Shown here one piece after another: positions 36,586-45,392 of a stretch of DNA of 52,096 nt. Each line of letters begins with the position of its first letter. Position 1 is the stretch's first letter. Source of the DNA: an uncultured bacterium. GTDB lineage: Bacteria > JAJVIF01 > JAPKYR01. The position numbers and the translations under genes were made by a program. The notes below the pieces were generated by a model. The model saw nothing but the letters and a program-made list of their open reading frames with translations, had not been told where the DNA came from and made no database searches. The stretch covers positions 1 to 52,096 of the forward strand of contig CBDUXL010000001.1 in NCBI GenBank assembly GCA_965371155.1, read 5' to 3'.

Positions 36586-36989
36586 TAGATAAACCGCGAT
36601 CTGATGAACCTCGATTTGGGTCCTAGCCCATCATGGGATAATCCGAGCAACCGTCCCCCCAAAACCAGAAGGCCGGTCACGCAATGCTGACAACATCGCC
36701 AGACGGGATATCCACTGCCTTTCTATTCCTAGAGGAACTGATATCGAAGCGAGCCTTGAATCTCAAGCGAAGCTTCCGGAAGGCCCTCCCGACTACGTTG
36801 TACGCACGGCAACTGAGAACTGCTGGACAGTAAGGTGCACTAGCCATGGCATCGAGAGGGAGAAGGACTGCCACCTTGAAATTCCGGGGCAGTAGGTGCG
36901 GTCAGCTCGAACAAGGTTCAGGTTCATCAGACCATTTTCACACCCCAGACCGTTCCACGTTAGGACCGCCGCTCTCAGTGCCCCTGAGC

Positions 36990-37143
36990 GCGAGAAATGC
37001 CCGTTATTCTGCATTGTCTCGGGACTTGAGACCCTCTCCCCTTGAAGCCCAAAACTTGGATTTTCACCCTCTACAACCCCCACCAAAAGCCCCAGTCCGG
37101 GTATCACTTTCTGTTATGCGTCTCACGGGCGGCTGGAGGGGCG
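36990..37143. repeat. Dispersed ~155-bp intergenic repeat, family B, copy 1
   Basis: It aligns end to end with 44152-44306 in the same orientation. Long identical blocks include ctccccttgaagcccaaaac and agccccagtccgggtatcactttctgttatgcg. Confidence 0.85.
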
Positions 37144-37590
37144 ATGATTAATCCGGTGCACTTGATCCTTACCTTCCGAATATCCGCCCTCTGAGCGGTT
37201 CTGAACACAGGAATAGTCCAGTTTTTTGCAGGGCAAATCGGACCAGCTCCCGCTTGCCTTCGCGAGCAACCCTTTGATCGAGCTGCGACGGAGCCTCGAG
37301 GTGGCGATGGCCATGGTAAGAAGTAGATGGGGATTGGATACAATCGGCCCGGCACGTAGCAGAGGAGGAGCAGGACAGGATGAAAAGAGCGGTTAATCTA
37401 GGGAATACTCATGGCAGGATGGCTTCGAACTGGATAGCAGAAAATCCCTTCAACTGCCTTGCCGGAAACGTGAGTAATACCTGCTGGCAAACGAACACTG
37501 GCAATGATACAATTATTTGACACCAGACTGCGGGAAATTGAATGTTATCATAGCTGGCGATTTACCTTAACAACCAGAATGGAGGTTATC

Positions 37591-40485
37591 ATGAAACGGT
37601 TAATTACATTACATGTGGCTTTATTGCTTGGTTTTCTCATTCTGTCATGTTCCGGGTCCCTGGACGGGCCTGTTGTACCTGGTTCGGATCCGTCACCCAA
37701 CCTGGTAACCGGTCAAGAAACAGGATCCGCTTATAACAGTACTCATTTGTGGGGCCTCTGGGATGTCTTTGTCGATCCGGAAAATGGGAAGGTTGATGCA
37801 GTTCCTCTGAGAGGGATTGCTTTCGCATGCAATGTTGCGGGATATGTCGACGGACCACCATCGAATCTGCTCTTTCAAAACCTGACGATCGACATCCAGG
37901 TGGATTACACTGACATTGCACTGGATGTCGGGCTTCAGCATCCATTTCCGGGACTCGACACGTATACTGGATTCGACGTGCTGGGAGTATTCATGGGTGA
38001 AGGAACCGATGTTTGTCCCGGGGCAGGTGGATATGCGGTCGCTGGTGAAGATGATCAGCGTTTGCTGAATCCAGAATGCTACACGAGATGGTTCAATGCA
38101 ACGGAATTCAGCGACACCGGAATGCCTCTTTTGGGGTACTCACCGGGGAAATCCGGAACTCCAGGCTACACACCATCCGCTGTGTTAAACCCATGCAAGT
38201 ATTTTGCCGACGGACTGGACAACGAAGCTGATGCGTATGAATTCCTCGTGAATAACGCAGATGACCGCGGTTGTTTCAAACCCGGCAGTGTCAATTTTCG
38301 TCATTACGATCTCCGATTTCCTCTGTCAACAGGGATAAAGTTCCAGTATGCAGTAATCGCACACTGGGAAGATTCGGGAATGCAAGGTCCACTTCCGGAT
38401 GATTTTCCACCGAGCGCGAACGCCATTGAGGCACTAGTAATTGATATTGAAGACTCAAGCACTGCTTATTACGTTGACGAAACCAATTTCGGGGGTAACG
38501 TGGTTCTTGATATTTCCCTGCCGATTTACGGGCATGATTATCCTGTGACCGATCCGGATTTAATGAATATCAAATGCTACTCTGACGCCTGGACCGGGGA
38601 ATTTGCGGTCGACATGACACCGGTAGGCGGCGGGGACCACTATTCAACGTGGTGTGCCGATATAGCTGTTGAGGGCCTTGATTCCATTGATCCGCTTCCG
38701 GTGTGGATTGAATTCAATTATCCCGAGCTGGACTATTCGAACGAGTTGGGGATTGTGAATGACGCGGCTGGCTCACTGGCAGGGTATTTCCTTTATGAGG
38801 TCCCGATCAACGACAGTCTCCCGATGTGGATCGAGGTACTAACACCGAACGGTGGTGAGGAATGGGTTCCTGGCGATGATGAAGAAATCACGTGGAACTC
38901 GTCCGGTGTTGCGGGAACCGTTTTCATTGAGTATTCAAATGATAATTTCGTGTCGGATGTCAATACGATTGCGACCGATGAAGTTAATGACGAGAGCTAC
39001 ATGTGGACTGTCCCCTGCGTGATTTCCGATACACTTCGGGTGAGAGTCAACTCTACTGATAATCCCTCAGTTAACGATACATCAGACGATGATTTTAGCA
39101 CCGTTACGAGCGGTTGGGCGGAAACATGGGGCGCTGCGAATGCTGATCGTGGATATGGAATCGCAGTTGATTCGGTCGGGAACTCCTACATTACGGGCTA
39201 CAACGAAACCTCCTGGAATGTCGGTGATGTTTTCCTGAGGAGATACAACGCGTGCGGTGAGTTGCTCTGGGAAAAAACCTGGGGAAGTTCTGGTGATGAC
39301 CGGGGTTATGGGGTCGCGGTTGACGATTCAGGCAATGTCTACGCAACAGGAAGGTTTTCGGGTACGGTCGATTTCGATCCAGATGGTGGGACGGAAAATC
39401 ACATATCGAATGGGGGTCCCGATATTTACCTGAGCAAGTTCGAACCATCCGGTGCTTTCCAATGGGCGAAAACATGGGGTGGCACTTCATATTACGGCGA
39501 TGAAGGCTGGGATGTAACTGTTGACGATTCCGGAAATATTCTTGTGATTGGCAATTTCGTCGGATCGAACGTGGATTTTGATCCTGACGGCGGTACCGAG
39601 TACCACAGCTCGAATGGCGGCAAGGATCATTGCCTTAGCAAATTTGATTCATCCGGTGCCTTCCAGTGGGCAAAAACATGGGGCGGAGGCAGCGATGAGG
39701 GCTGGTACACCGGAATCGATACGGACAGCTCGGGGAATGTTTTTGTCGCGGGTTATTTCCACGGTACCAATGTCGATTTTGATCCCGGACCTCCCAGTGA
39801 GACTCACAGTTCGCAGGGCAGGGATGTCTTCGTGAGCAAATTCGATACGAATGGTGATTTTCAATGGGTTGCAGTGTGGGGTGGCGTAAGCTCATTCGAT
39901 GAAGCTTATGGCGTAACAGTCGACAGCCAGGGATACGTGTATTCCACAGGAAGATGGGAGTACACGATCGATTTCGATCCCGGTGCGCCAACTGATTACA
40001 AGACTTCAAATGGCCATTTTGATGTCTTTGTCAGCAAGCTCGATTCGGACGGGAATTACCTGGGCGTGATTGTCTTTGGCGGGTCGAGTTACGAGATCGG
40101 AAACAAGCTCGCGACTGACGAATCCGACAATCTCTACCTCATTGGTTATTTCCGTGGCACCAATGTTGATTTCGATCCGGGTGCCGGCACCGATCCCAGG
40201 AGTTCACATGATGATGGTGGGTACCCGGGAACCGATGTGTTCATGAGCAAATTCAATTCATCGGGAGAGTTCCAGTGGGCACGAAACTGGGGGCCATCAA
40301 ACAGCAGTGACGGTTACGATATCGATATCGATGGTTCAGGGAATATCTATGCCTGTGGTGCATTCAGGACCACGGTCGATTTCGCTCCACCCGACACACC
40401 CTGCAACGAGGATCCGGATGGGCACACATCGAACGGCAGTATCGACGCGTTCGTTGCCAGGTATCTCCCGAACGGCTGCTGGTAG
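37591..40485 (+). CDS. Lipoprotein with the shared N-terminal module and a C-terminal SBBP beta-propeller repeat array
   Basis: The ATG at 37591 lies 5 nt downstream of a GGAGG RBS. The lipobox is FLILSCSG. The N-module carries HLWGLWDVFVDPENG, QHPFPGLDTYTGFDVLGVF and FQYAVIAHW. About 8 SBBP-type repeats occupy the last ~450 aa. Confidence 0.8.
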   Translation: MKRLITLHVALLLGFLILSCSGSLDGPVVPGSDPSPNLVTGQETGSAYNSTHLWGLWDVFVDPENGKVDAVPLRGIAFACNVAGYVDGPPSNLLFQNLTIDIQVDYTDIALDVGLQHPFPGLDTYTGFDVLGVFMGEGTDVCPGAGGYAVAGEDDQRLLNPECYTRWFNATEFSDTGMPLLGYSPGKSGTPGYTPSAVLNPCKYFADGLDNEADAYEFLVNNADDRGCFKPGSVNFRHYDLRFPLSTGIKFQYAVIAHWEDSGMQGPLPDDFPPSANAIEALVIDIEDSSTAYYVDETNFGGNVVLDISLPIYGHDYPVTDPDLMNIKCYSDAWTGEFAVDMTPVGGGDHYSTWCADIAVEGLDSIDPLPVWIEFNYPELDYSNELGIVNDAAGSLAGYFLYEVPINDSLPMWIEVLTPNGGEEWVPGDDEEITWNSSGVAGTVFIEYSNDNFVSDVNTIATDEVNDESYMWTVPCVISDTLRVRVNSTDNPSVNDTSDDDFSTVTSGWAETWGAANADRGYGIAVDSVGNSYITGYNETSWNVGDVFLRRYNACGELLWEKTWGSSGDDRGYGVAVDDSGNVYATGRFSGTVDFDPDGGTENHISNGGPDIYLSKFEPSGAFQWAKTWGGTSYYGDEGWDVTVDDSGNILVIGNFVGSNVDFDPDGGTEYHSSNGGKDHCLSKFDSSGAFQWAKTWGGGSDEGWYTGIDTDSSGNVFVAGYFHGTNVDFDPGPPSETHSSQGRDVFVSKFDTNGDFQWVAVWGGVSSFDEAYGVTVDSQGYVYSTGRWEYTIDFDPGAPTDYKTSNGHFDVFVSKLDSDGNYLGVIVFGGSSYEIGNKLATDESDNLYLIGYFRGTNVDFDPGAGTDPRSSHDDGGYPGTDVFMSKFNSSGEFQWARNWGPSNSSDGYDIDIDGSGNIYACGAFRTTVDFAPPDTPCNEDPDGHTSNGSIDAFVARYLPNGCW

Positions 40486-40539
40486 TTTCAAGCTCGGAAA
40501 GAAAGGCGTCAGCCTGGGAAAGCGGGGAGCGATTGGAAT

Positions 40540-40689
40540 TCAATGCGACCTACCTGCTGCCGCCTCCATCGTCTCCGGGTCAAGTGCGATATCGAAGTAA
40601 CCCCAGAGATGGGTCTGCCGATCTGTCGATTCTTGTTGAGCAGCAGAGGTCAGACCTCCCGGGTCATCCGCGTCCGTTTCAGGAATGAC
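40540..40689 (-). pseudogene. Relic of a fourth paralog of the lipoprotein N-terminal module
   Basis: The translation ...DRQTHLWGYFDIALDPETMEAAAG then hits a stop. It matches the HLWGLWDV.IDPE segment of the three intact paralogs. No signal peptide or downstream domain remains. Confidence 0.6.
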
Positions 40690-40710
40690 GTAGGAGTTAC
40701 CATGAAACAA

Positions 40711-40875
40711 GCCCGTACAGCCCCATATTTGCCCAAGATGACCTAGACCCTTGCTGGACCATGGATCGACCCTTCTACCGCCCGATATACGCATGTGGGA
40801 AATCGGGCTTCTACACGTGGCTTCTGGTGCGGGCTACAGAGGACGTTTTTAGCAGTTTTGGGTTATAAGGGGAGG
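40711..40875. repeat. Dispersed ~165-bp repeat, family C, copy 1
   Basis: The first ~130 bp are identical to 49526-49655, and the next ~35 bp are slightly diverged. Both copies share orientation. Confidence 0.9.
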
Positions 40876-41031
40876 CTATCTCCTTGCATGCCCGTTTCAG
40901 TGCAGATTCAGTATCTGAAGTAGTGCTTTAGGCAATCCCGTCAATACCAGTTCCGCCCAGTTGAGTTTTAAATAACACGTACGCGTATGCTATAATGATC
41001 AACTGATCCTGAAGACAGTGGATGTACTGTC

Positions 41032-44000
41032 ATGGAACTCTCAATCCGATGTGGACTAATCCTGACTCTAGTAATGGCTATTGCTGTCGGTTGTTCAGGC
41101 CTCGATAACCCTTCAATGCCCTCGATGCCTGACGAGGCTGCTAACACCCCTGTCCTAACTGCAAACTCCCAACCAGTAGAGGAGGCAGGCAGCCATTCCC
41201 TGTGGTCTTACTACTTAATATACGTCGACACCACCTCTCCCGGCGATATCCGGATCGAAGCGGTTCCACTTCGACAGATAGTAGGTCACTGGAACGCGCT
41301 TTCCTGGCTGGAGCAGGCACCGTGTACTTACTGCCTGCAGGTGGTCGGTATCACACCCTCAGGATACGGGACCCAGCTTGTGGATATCAAAATCACTCAT
41401 CCTTTTACGAACGCAAATCTGACCGGCTTCGATGTGCGTGGTATCGCAATGTTCTCAGGCAGTCACAGCTTTCCGATGGCCGGGCTGAACACTCCTGATC
41501 GGAACGCGGGCGATGGGGAACTTGTTAACGCGGATGGTTACACCACGCTTTACAACTACACGACAACAGGCTCAGGTCCTGATGGACTTGAAGGATACAT
41601 ACAGGGCAACCTAGCAAGCGCAACGCCACCCGATGCTCTGTTGAATGGTTATAAGCGGTTTGTTTCACAAGGAAGTGCGAATACGCGCAATGCATTCTAC
41701 GTGTCCGAATCTATCATTGAAATTTATGAAATTGACATGCCCGACGGGCCTTTTGTATTTGGTTATGCAGTAGATACGAGTTGGGTCCCTACATTAACCA
41801 AACCTGTGACAGATCCAATAGCTGATTTCCCTGTTTCAGCAAATTGCCCCGAACCATGGAAGATAGAGATCACCGAGGAAGCAGTCAGCGGGGGTCTGAC
41901 AAGTGATGGCGGTGCAACAAAACTCCTCATTGATGTTTTCGACTGGCAGGGAAGAACCACACACAAGGAACCGGTTGTCGAGTGCCCCGAGATATTTACC
42001 GGCGCACTGATTGCGAATTACCTGGCTGATGGTGCTGGGTATTCTCGGTGGGAGGTCACTGTCGAAAACGAACTCCTCGCCCATGCTGGTGACTACAAAT
42101 GCCTTATTAGTGTCGAAGACAACGAAAACGATCCCGCGAATAAGCCATGGCTTGACCTTACCGCATATCAAATACCTGTCCTGAAGGTCAGCACTGAGTC
42201 TTTCCCTATCGATGTCACTCCTCCATGGTTAAACTTCACCCCGACGGACGTTTGTTTCGACGGGAATTATGCCTACACGGTTGGCAACATTAATGGGCTG
42301 CATATTTTTGATATCTCCGATCCTGTGAATCCGCTTTGGGTGAATGCGGTGGAAACACCTGATGATGCCAGGGCGGTTTATGTAACCGGGGGCTATGCAT
42401 ATGTAACAGTTTATGAAGACTGGCCTGATCCCTTTACTGGTCTTTTGGTAATCGATATAAGTCTGCCTGAATCAGCACATGTTGTAAATTCAATCGAGAT
42501 TCCCGGGTGCGGGTCTTATGCAGTCACAGTATCTGATGGCTTCGCACATGTGGCGGCAAGCAACGGTGGGCTGGTAATTATCGATGTCGATCCTGCGGAT
42601 TCCGCTTTCATTTTGAGTACGGTCGACGAGGAAATTTCATGCGCCTTTGATGTCGCCATCTTGGACGGCTATGCGTATGTACCTGTTTTGTGGCTTGATT
42701 CTACAGGTGGTGGCTATACATATTCCTTAAAGGTTATCGATATCGATCCACCTGAGCAGGCACATGTCGTAAAAACTGTTGAGACTCCTACCTCAACTCA
42801 CTGTGTCGATGTTTCTGACGGTTATGCTTTTGTGGGAGTCAGAACAACGGTTGCAGGATTCCAGGTTGTCGATATCGACCCACCTGAAATGGCAAATATT
42901 ATACACACTGTCGACACTCAGGGCCTGCCTTATTACCTGACCGTAGAGGAGGGTTACGCCTACGTATCATGTGCAGGGGAAACCTATAATGATGACGTAG
43001 GACTTCAGATATTCGATATTGGTGATCCTGAATTCTCATATTCAGCAGGCTGGGCACCTACTCCTGAATATATCAAGGCATCAGATGTCAAAGATGAGTA
43101 CGCTTATGTCACGACTCACTTTTCAGGTCTTCATGTAATTGACATCAATCCTCCGGAAACATCCGTCATTGTTAATTCAATCCACTCAAGCGGGTCACCT
43201 TTCCAGGTGAGTGTTGACGAAAACGATGGTTATTTATATGTAGCAGCAGGGGTGTCAGGTTTACAGGTAATAGACATCGATCCTCCCGAATCGGCGCATT
43301 ACATTGATCCGGTATACAACCTTGGCACTTTCAACATCGCCTGTGTAGAAAATGGATATGCATACGTGGCGTATGACGGACAACCAGAAATTTGTGAATT
43401 GGCCATTATCGACATCGATCCTCCCGAATCCATGCAGATAGTGAACTCATTACAATGGACAGGCACCGTTCCTTACGGCATTGATACCTCGGATGGACTT
43501 TTATACGTTGTGTTTCGCTATAACAACTATACTGACAGACTGCATATCATCGATGTTGATCCACCTGAATCCGCGGCCATCATAAATACATCCGACACCC
43601 TTGGTTATGGCGGTATTGATGTATCAGATGGCCTTTTATACCTCGCATACGAGGGCGTCACTGATTGGATTGGTGTTTCCGGCTTTCAGATAATCGATAT
43701 TGATCCTGCGGAACTGGCACACAGTGTAAGTGACCTGGATTTGGCGGGTTATCCAAAAGATGTTGCTGTTTCCCAGGATTATGCGTATGTGGCTGGTTTC
43801 GACAAGAATTGGGAATTCGGCTACCTGCATGTAATTGATGTCGACCCCCCGGAATTGTTGGAAATTGTGGATACAGTTGAAACGCCGGATATCATCCTGG
43901 ACGTAGCGGTTGCTGGCGATCGTGCCTTTGTCGCTGACAGATATAATGGATTGCAGATTATTAATATTTCTTCACCATTCGATGCGTTTATAGAAACCAC

Positions 44001-44094
44001 CTTCAACCCGCCGGGGAATGATTTCGGTGTGGAAGTTTCGACCCAATATGCTTATGTAGTGGGATCAGGCGGTGTGTGGATCATCAAGCTCTGA
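41032..44094 (+). CDS. Lipoprotein with the shared N-terminal module and ~13 LVIVD beta-propeller repeats
   Basis: The lipobox is AIAVGCSG. The N-module carries HSLWSYYLIYVD, THPFTNANLTGFDVRGIAMF, FGYAVDTSW and DFPVSANCPEP. Repeats follow the pattern GL.VIDI.PPE.A. Confidence 0.85.
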   Translation: MELSIRCGLILTLVMAIAVGCSGLDNPSMPSMPDEAANTPVLTANSQPVEEAGSHSLWSYYLIYVDTTSPGDIRIEAVPLRQIVGHWNALSWLEQAPCTYCLQVVGITPSGYGTQLVDIKITHPFTNANLTGFDVRGIAMFSGSHSFPMAGLNTPDRNAGDGELVNADGYTTLYNYTTTGSGPDGLEGYIQGNLASATPPDALLNGYKRFVSQGSANTRNAFYVSESIIEIYEIDMPDGPFVFGYAVDTSWVPTLTKPVTDPIADFPVSANCPEPWKIEITEEAVSGGLTSDGGATKLLIDVFDWQGRTTHKEPVVECPEIFTGALIANYLADGAGYSRWEVTVENELLAHAGDYKCLISVEDNENDPANKPWLDLTAYQIPVLKVSTESFPIDVTPPWLNFTPTDVCFDGNYAYTVGNINGLHIFDISDPVNPLWVNAVETPDDARAVYVTGGYAYVTVYEDWPDPFTGLLVIDISLPESAHVVNSIEIPGCGSYAVTVSDGFAHVAASNGGLVIIDVDPADSAFILSTVDEEISCAFDVAILDGYAYVPVLWLDSTGGGYTYSLKVIDIDPPEQAHVVKTVETPTSTHCVDVSDGYAFVGVRTTVAGFQVVDIDPPEMANIIHTVDTQGLPYYLTVEEGYAYVSCAGETYNDDVGLQIFDIGDPEFSYSAGWAPTPEYIKASDVKDEYAYVTTHFSGLHVIDINPPETSVIVNSIHSSGSPFQVSVDENDGYLYVAAGVSGLQVIDIDPPESAHYIDPVYNLGTFNIACVENGYAYVAYDGQPEICELAIIDIDPPESMQIVNSLQWTGTVPYGIDTSDGLLYVVFRYNNYTDRLHIIDVDPPESAAIINTSDTLGYGGIDVSDGLLYLAYEGVTDWIGVSGFQIIDIDPAELAHSVSDLDLAGYPKDVAVSQDYAYVAGFDKNWEFGYLHVIDVDPPELLEIVDTVETPDIILDVAVAGDRAFVADRYNGLQIINISSPFDAFIETTFNPPGNDFGVEVSTQYAYVVGSGGVWIIKL

Positions 44095-44117
44095 TTAATC
44101 CGACCGGTGGGAAAAAG

Positions 44118-44148
44118 CCTTCGACATAATCGAAGGGGAATTTTCTTG
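44118..44148 (+). terminator. Rho-independent terminator candidate
   Basis: ccttcg-acataat-cgaagg is followed by ggaattttcttg. It begins 24 nt after the 44094 stop. Confidence 0.5.
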
Positions 44149-44151
44149 TCA

Positions 44152-44306
44152 GCGGGAAATGCCCGCCATTCTGCATTGCTTTCGGGACTTGAGATGCTCT
44201 CCCCTTGAAGCCCAAAACTCGGGTTTTGCCCCTCGGCACACCGCACCACAAGCCCCAGTCCGGGTATCACTTTCTGTTATGCGTTTTTCGGGCGGTTGGA
44301 GGGGCG
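44152..44306. repeat. Dispersed ~155-bp intergenic repeat, family B, copy 2
   Basis: See copy 1 at 36990-37143. Confidence 0.85.
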
Positions 44307-44454
44307 GGAAAGCCGCTAGGTGTGTGCTAGGTCGGATCGGGCAATACGCGGCCCTCTCGCGGCCTAATCGGGGCTCACTCCTCCGCTACCCCTAGCCGAG
44401 GGCCCATTCTGATATTATCTACTTGGCGCGTGCGCACGTCAGGAGACGGCGCCC

Positions 44455-44577
44455 ATGCCTGAGCACCCATCCACAGCCAAGGTGAAGACACTGTTCGGCG
44501 AGTTCGAGTACACCGACCTCGAAGGCGGGCGGATTGAGATCAACTCGGCGTGGGTCGAGGAGAATCTAGTGGTGCAA
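44455..44577 (+). pseudogene. 5' fragment (~40 codons) of a high-GC gene truncated at a compositional break
   Basis: An AGGAGA RBS precedes the ATG, and MPEHPSTAKVKTLFGEFEYTDLEGGRIEINSAWVEENLVV looks coding. The sequence becomes AT-rich and non-coding-like from about 44578. The peptidase-like identity is only a guess. Confidence 0.3.
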
Positions 44578-44636
44578 CTCATAATTGTCGCTATATATGC
44601 TTTACAGGGCCGAACAACCTGCTATAATTTACGTTC

Positions 44637-44810
44637 ATGGCAAACAAATCGTCTCTATTGTCCCCGCTTTACGCTGACGATCTGCTCGAGTTGCAGGTAC
44701 TACTTCGAGCCGGAAGGACCCCGGCGGCGGTATTCCGTCGCTGTCGATTGATCTGGGAGTTGGCAGCCGGATGCAACCTGGGCGAAGCCGCCGAGCTTGC
44801 CAGAATGCAC
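44637..44810 (+). pseudogene. IS630-family-like transposase N-terminal HTH fragment
   Basis: LSPLYADDLLELQVLLRAGRTPAAVFRRCRLIWELAAGCNLGEAAELA fits the N-terminal HTH pattern of IS630/Tc1-type transposases. No DDE domain follows. Confidence 0.4.
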
Positions 44811-44933
44811 TATATCGATTATATCCTCACCAGTTTCAGCCATGATGAGAGTGAACAGGATGAAAGGATTAACATCTCCTCATTAAGCCCGAATGCTTCA
44901 GGATGTTGGAGTATTGCCAGCCGACCAGCATAC

Positions 44934-45260
44934 TTAGAAGACTCGATCATGTCGGACTTCCGTCATGACTTCAGCGAGTGATTTTGGTGCCCAGTAGAGA
45001 TCACGTTCGATTGGCAATCCAAGCAGCCCCCAAACGGGCTCAAGTTGTGATAACCAGAAATAACCAAGCACAGCTTCGAGACCATTGACAAACCCGAAGA
45101 ATTGGACCTCCCCACCCTCTTCATCTTTTGACGCGCTCACTGCATACCACGTCCAGCTTGAATCGGCAGTGAAGAATTTGACCAAAATGACGAGTTCATC
45201 AGCGGGCAGTTCCTCATGGTCCAGAATCTGATCACAAGCAAATCCCAGGGAAAGCCCATT
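44934..45260 (-). pseudogene. DUF2958-like fragment lacking a proper start
   Basis: ...ELVILVKFFTADSSWTWYAVSA...FFGFVNGLEAVLGYFWLSQLE...PIERDLYWAPKSLAEV fits my recollection of DUF2958. In-frame upstream codons run to a stop at 45261-45263 with no ATG or GTG. Confidence 0.45.
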
Positions 45261-45392
45261 TCAAAAGATTTCACAGCAGCGGAGCGGGAGATGGGGTATT
45301 GAACTTCTCATTCAAACGGTGTAAACTCACATAGGTCTAAGTGCGTTTTTTTTCTTGAGTGAATATCTGGGCCGTCAGCTTACCAACTGCGG

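Noticed and set aside
36990-37143. tRNA-like T-arm (gggtctcaagtccc on the minus strand) in repeat B
   Set aside because: The loop is one nucleotide too long, copy 2 does not conserve the stem, and no acceptor or anticodon arms can be drawn.
36586-37590. Short ORFs in the 1 kb gap (36677-36874, 36793-37107, 36846-37151, 37104-37355)
   Set aside because: They overlap one another and repeat B. They have no RBS and no recognisable motif, so I treat the region as non-coding.
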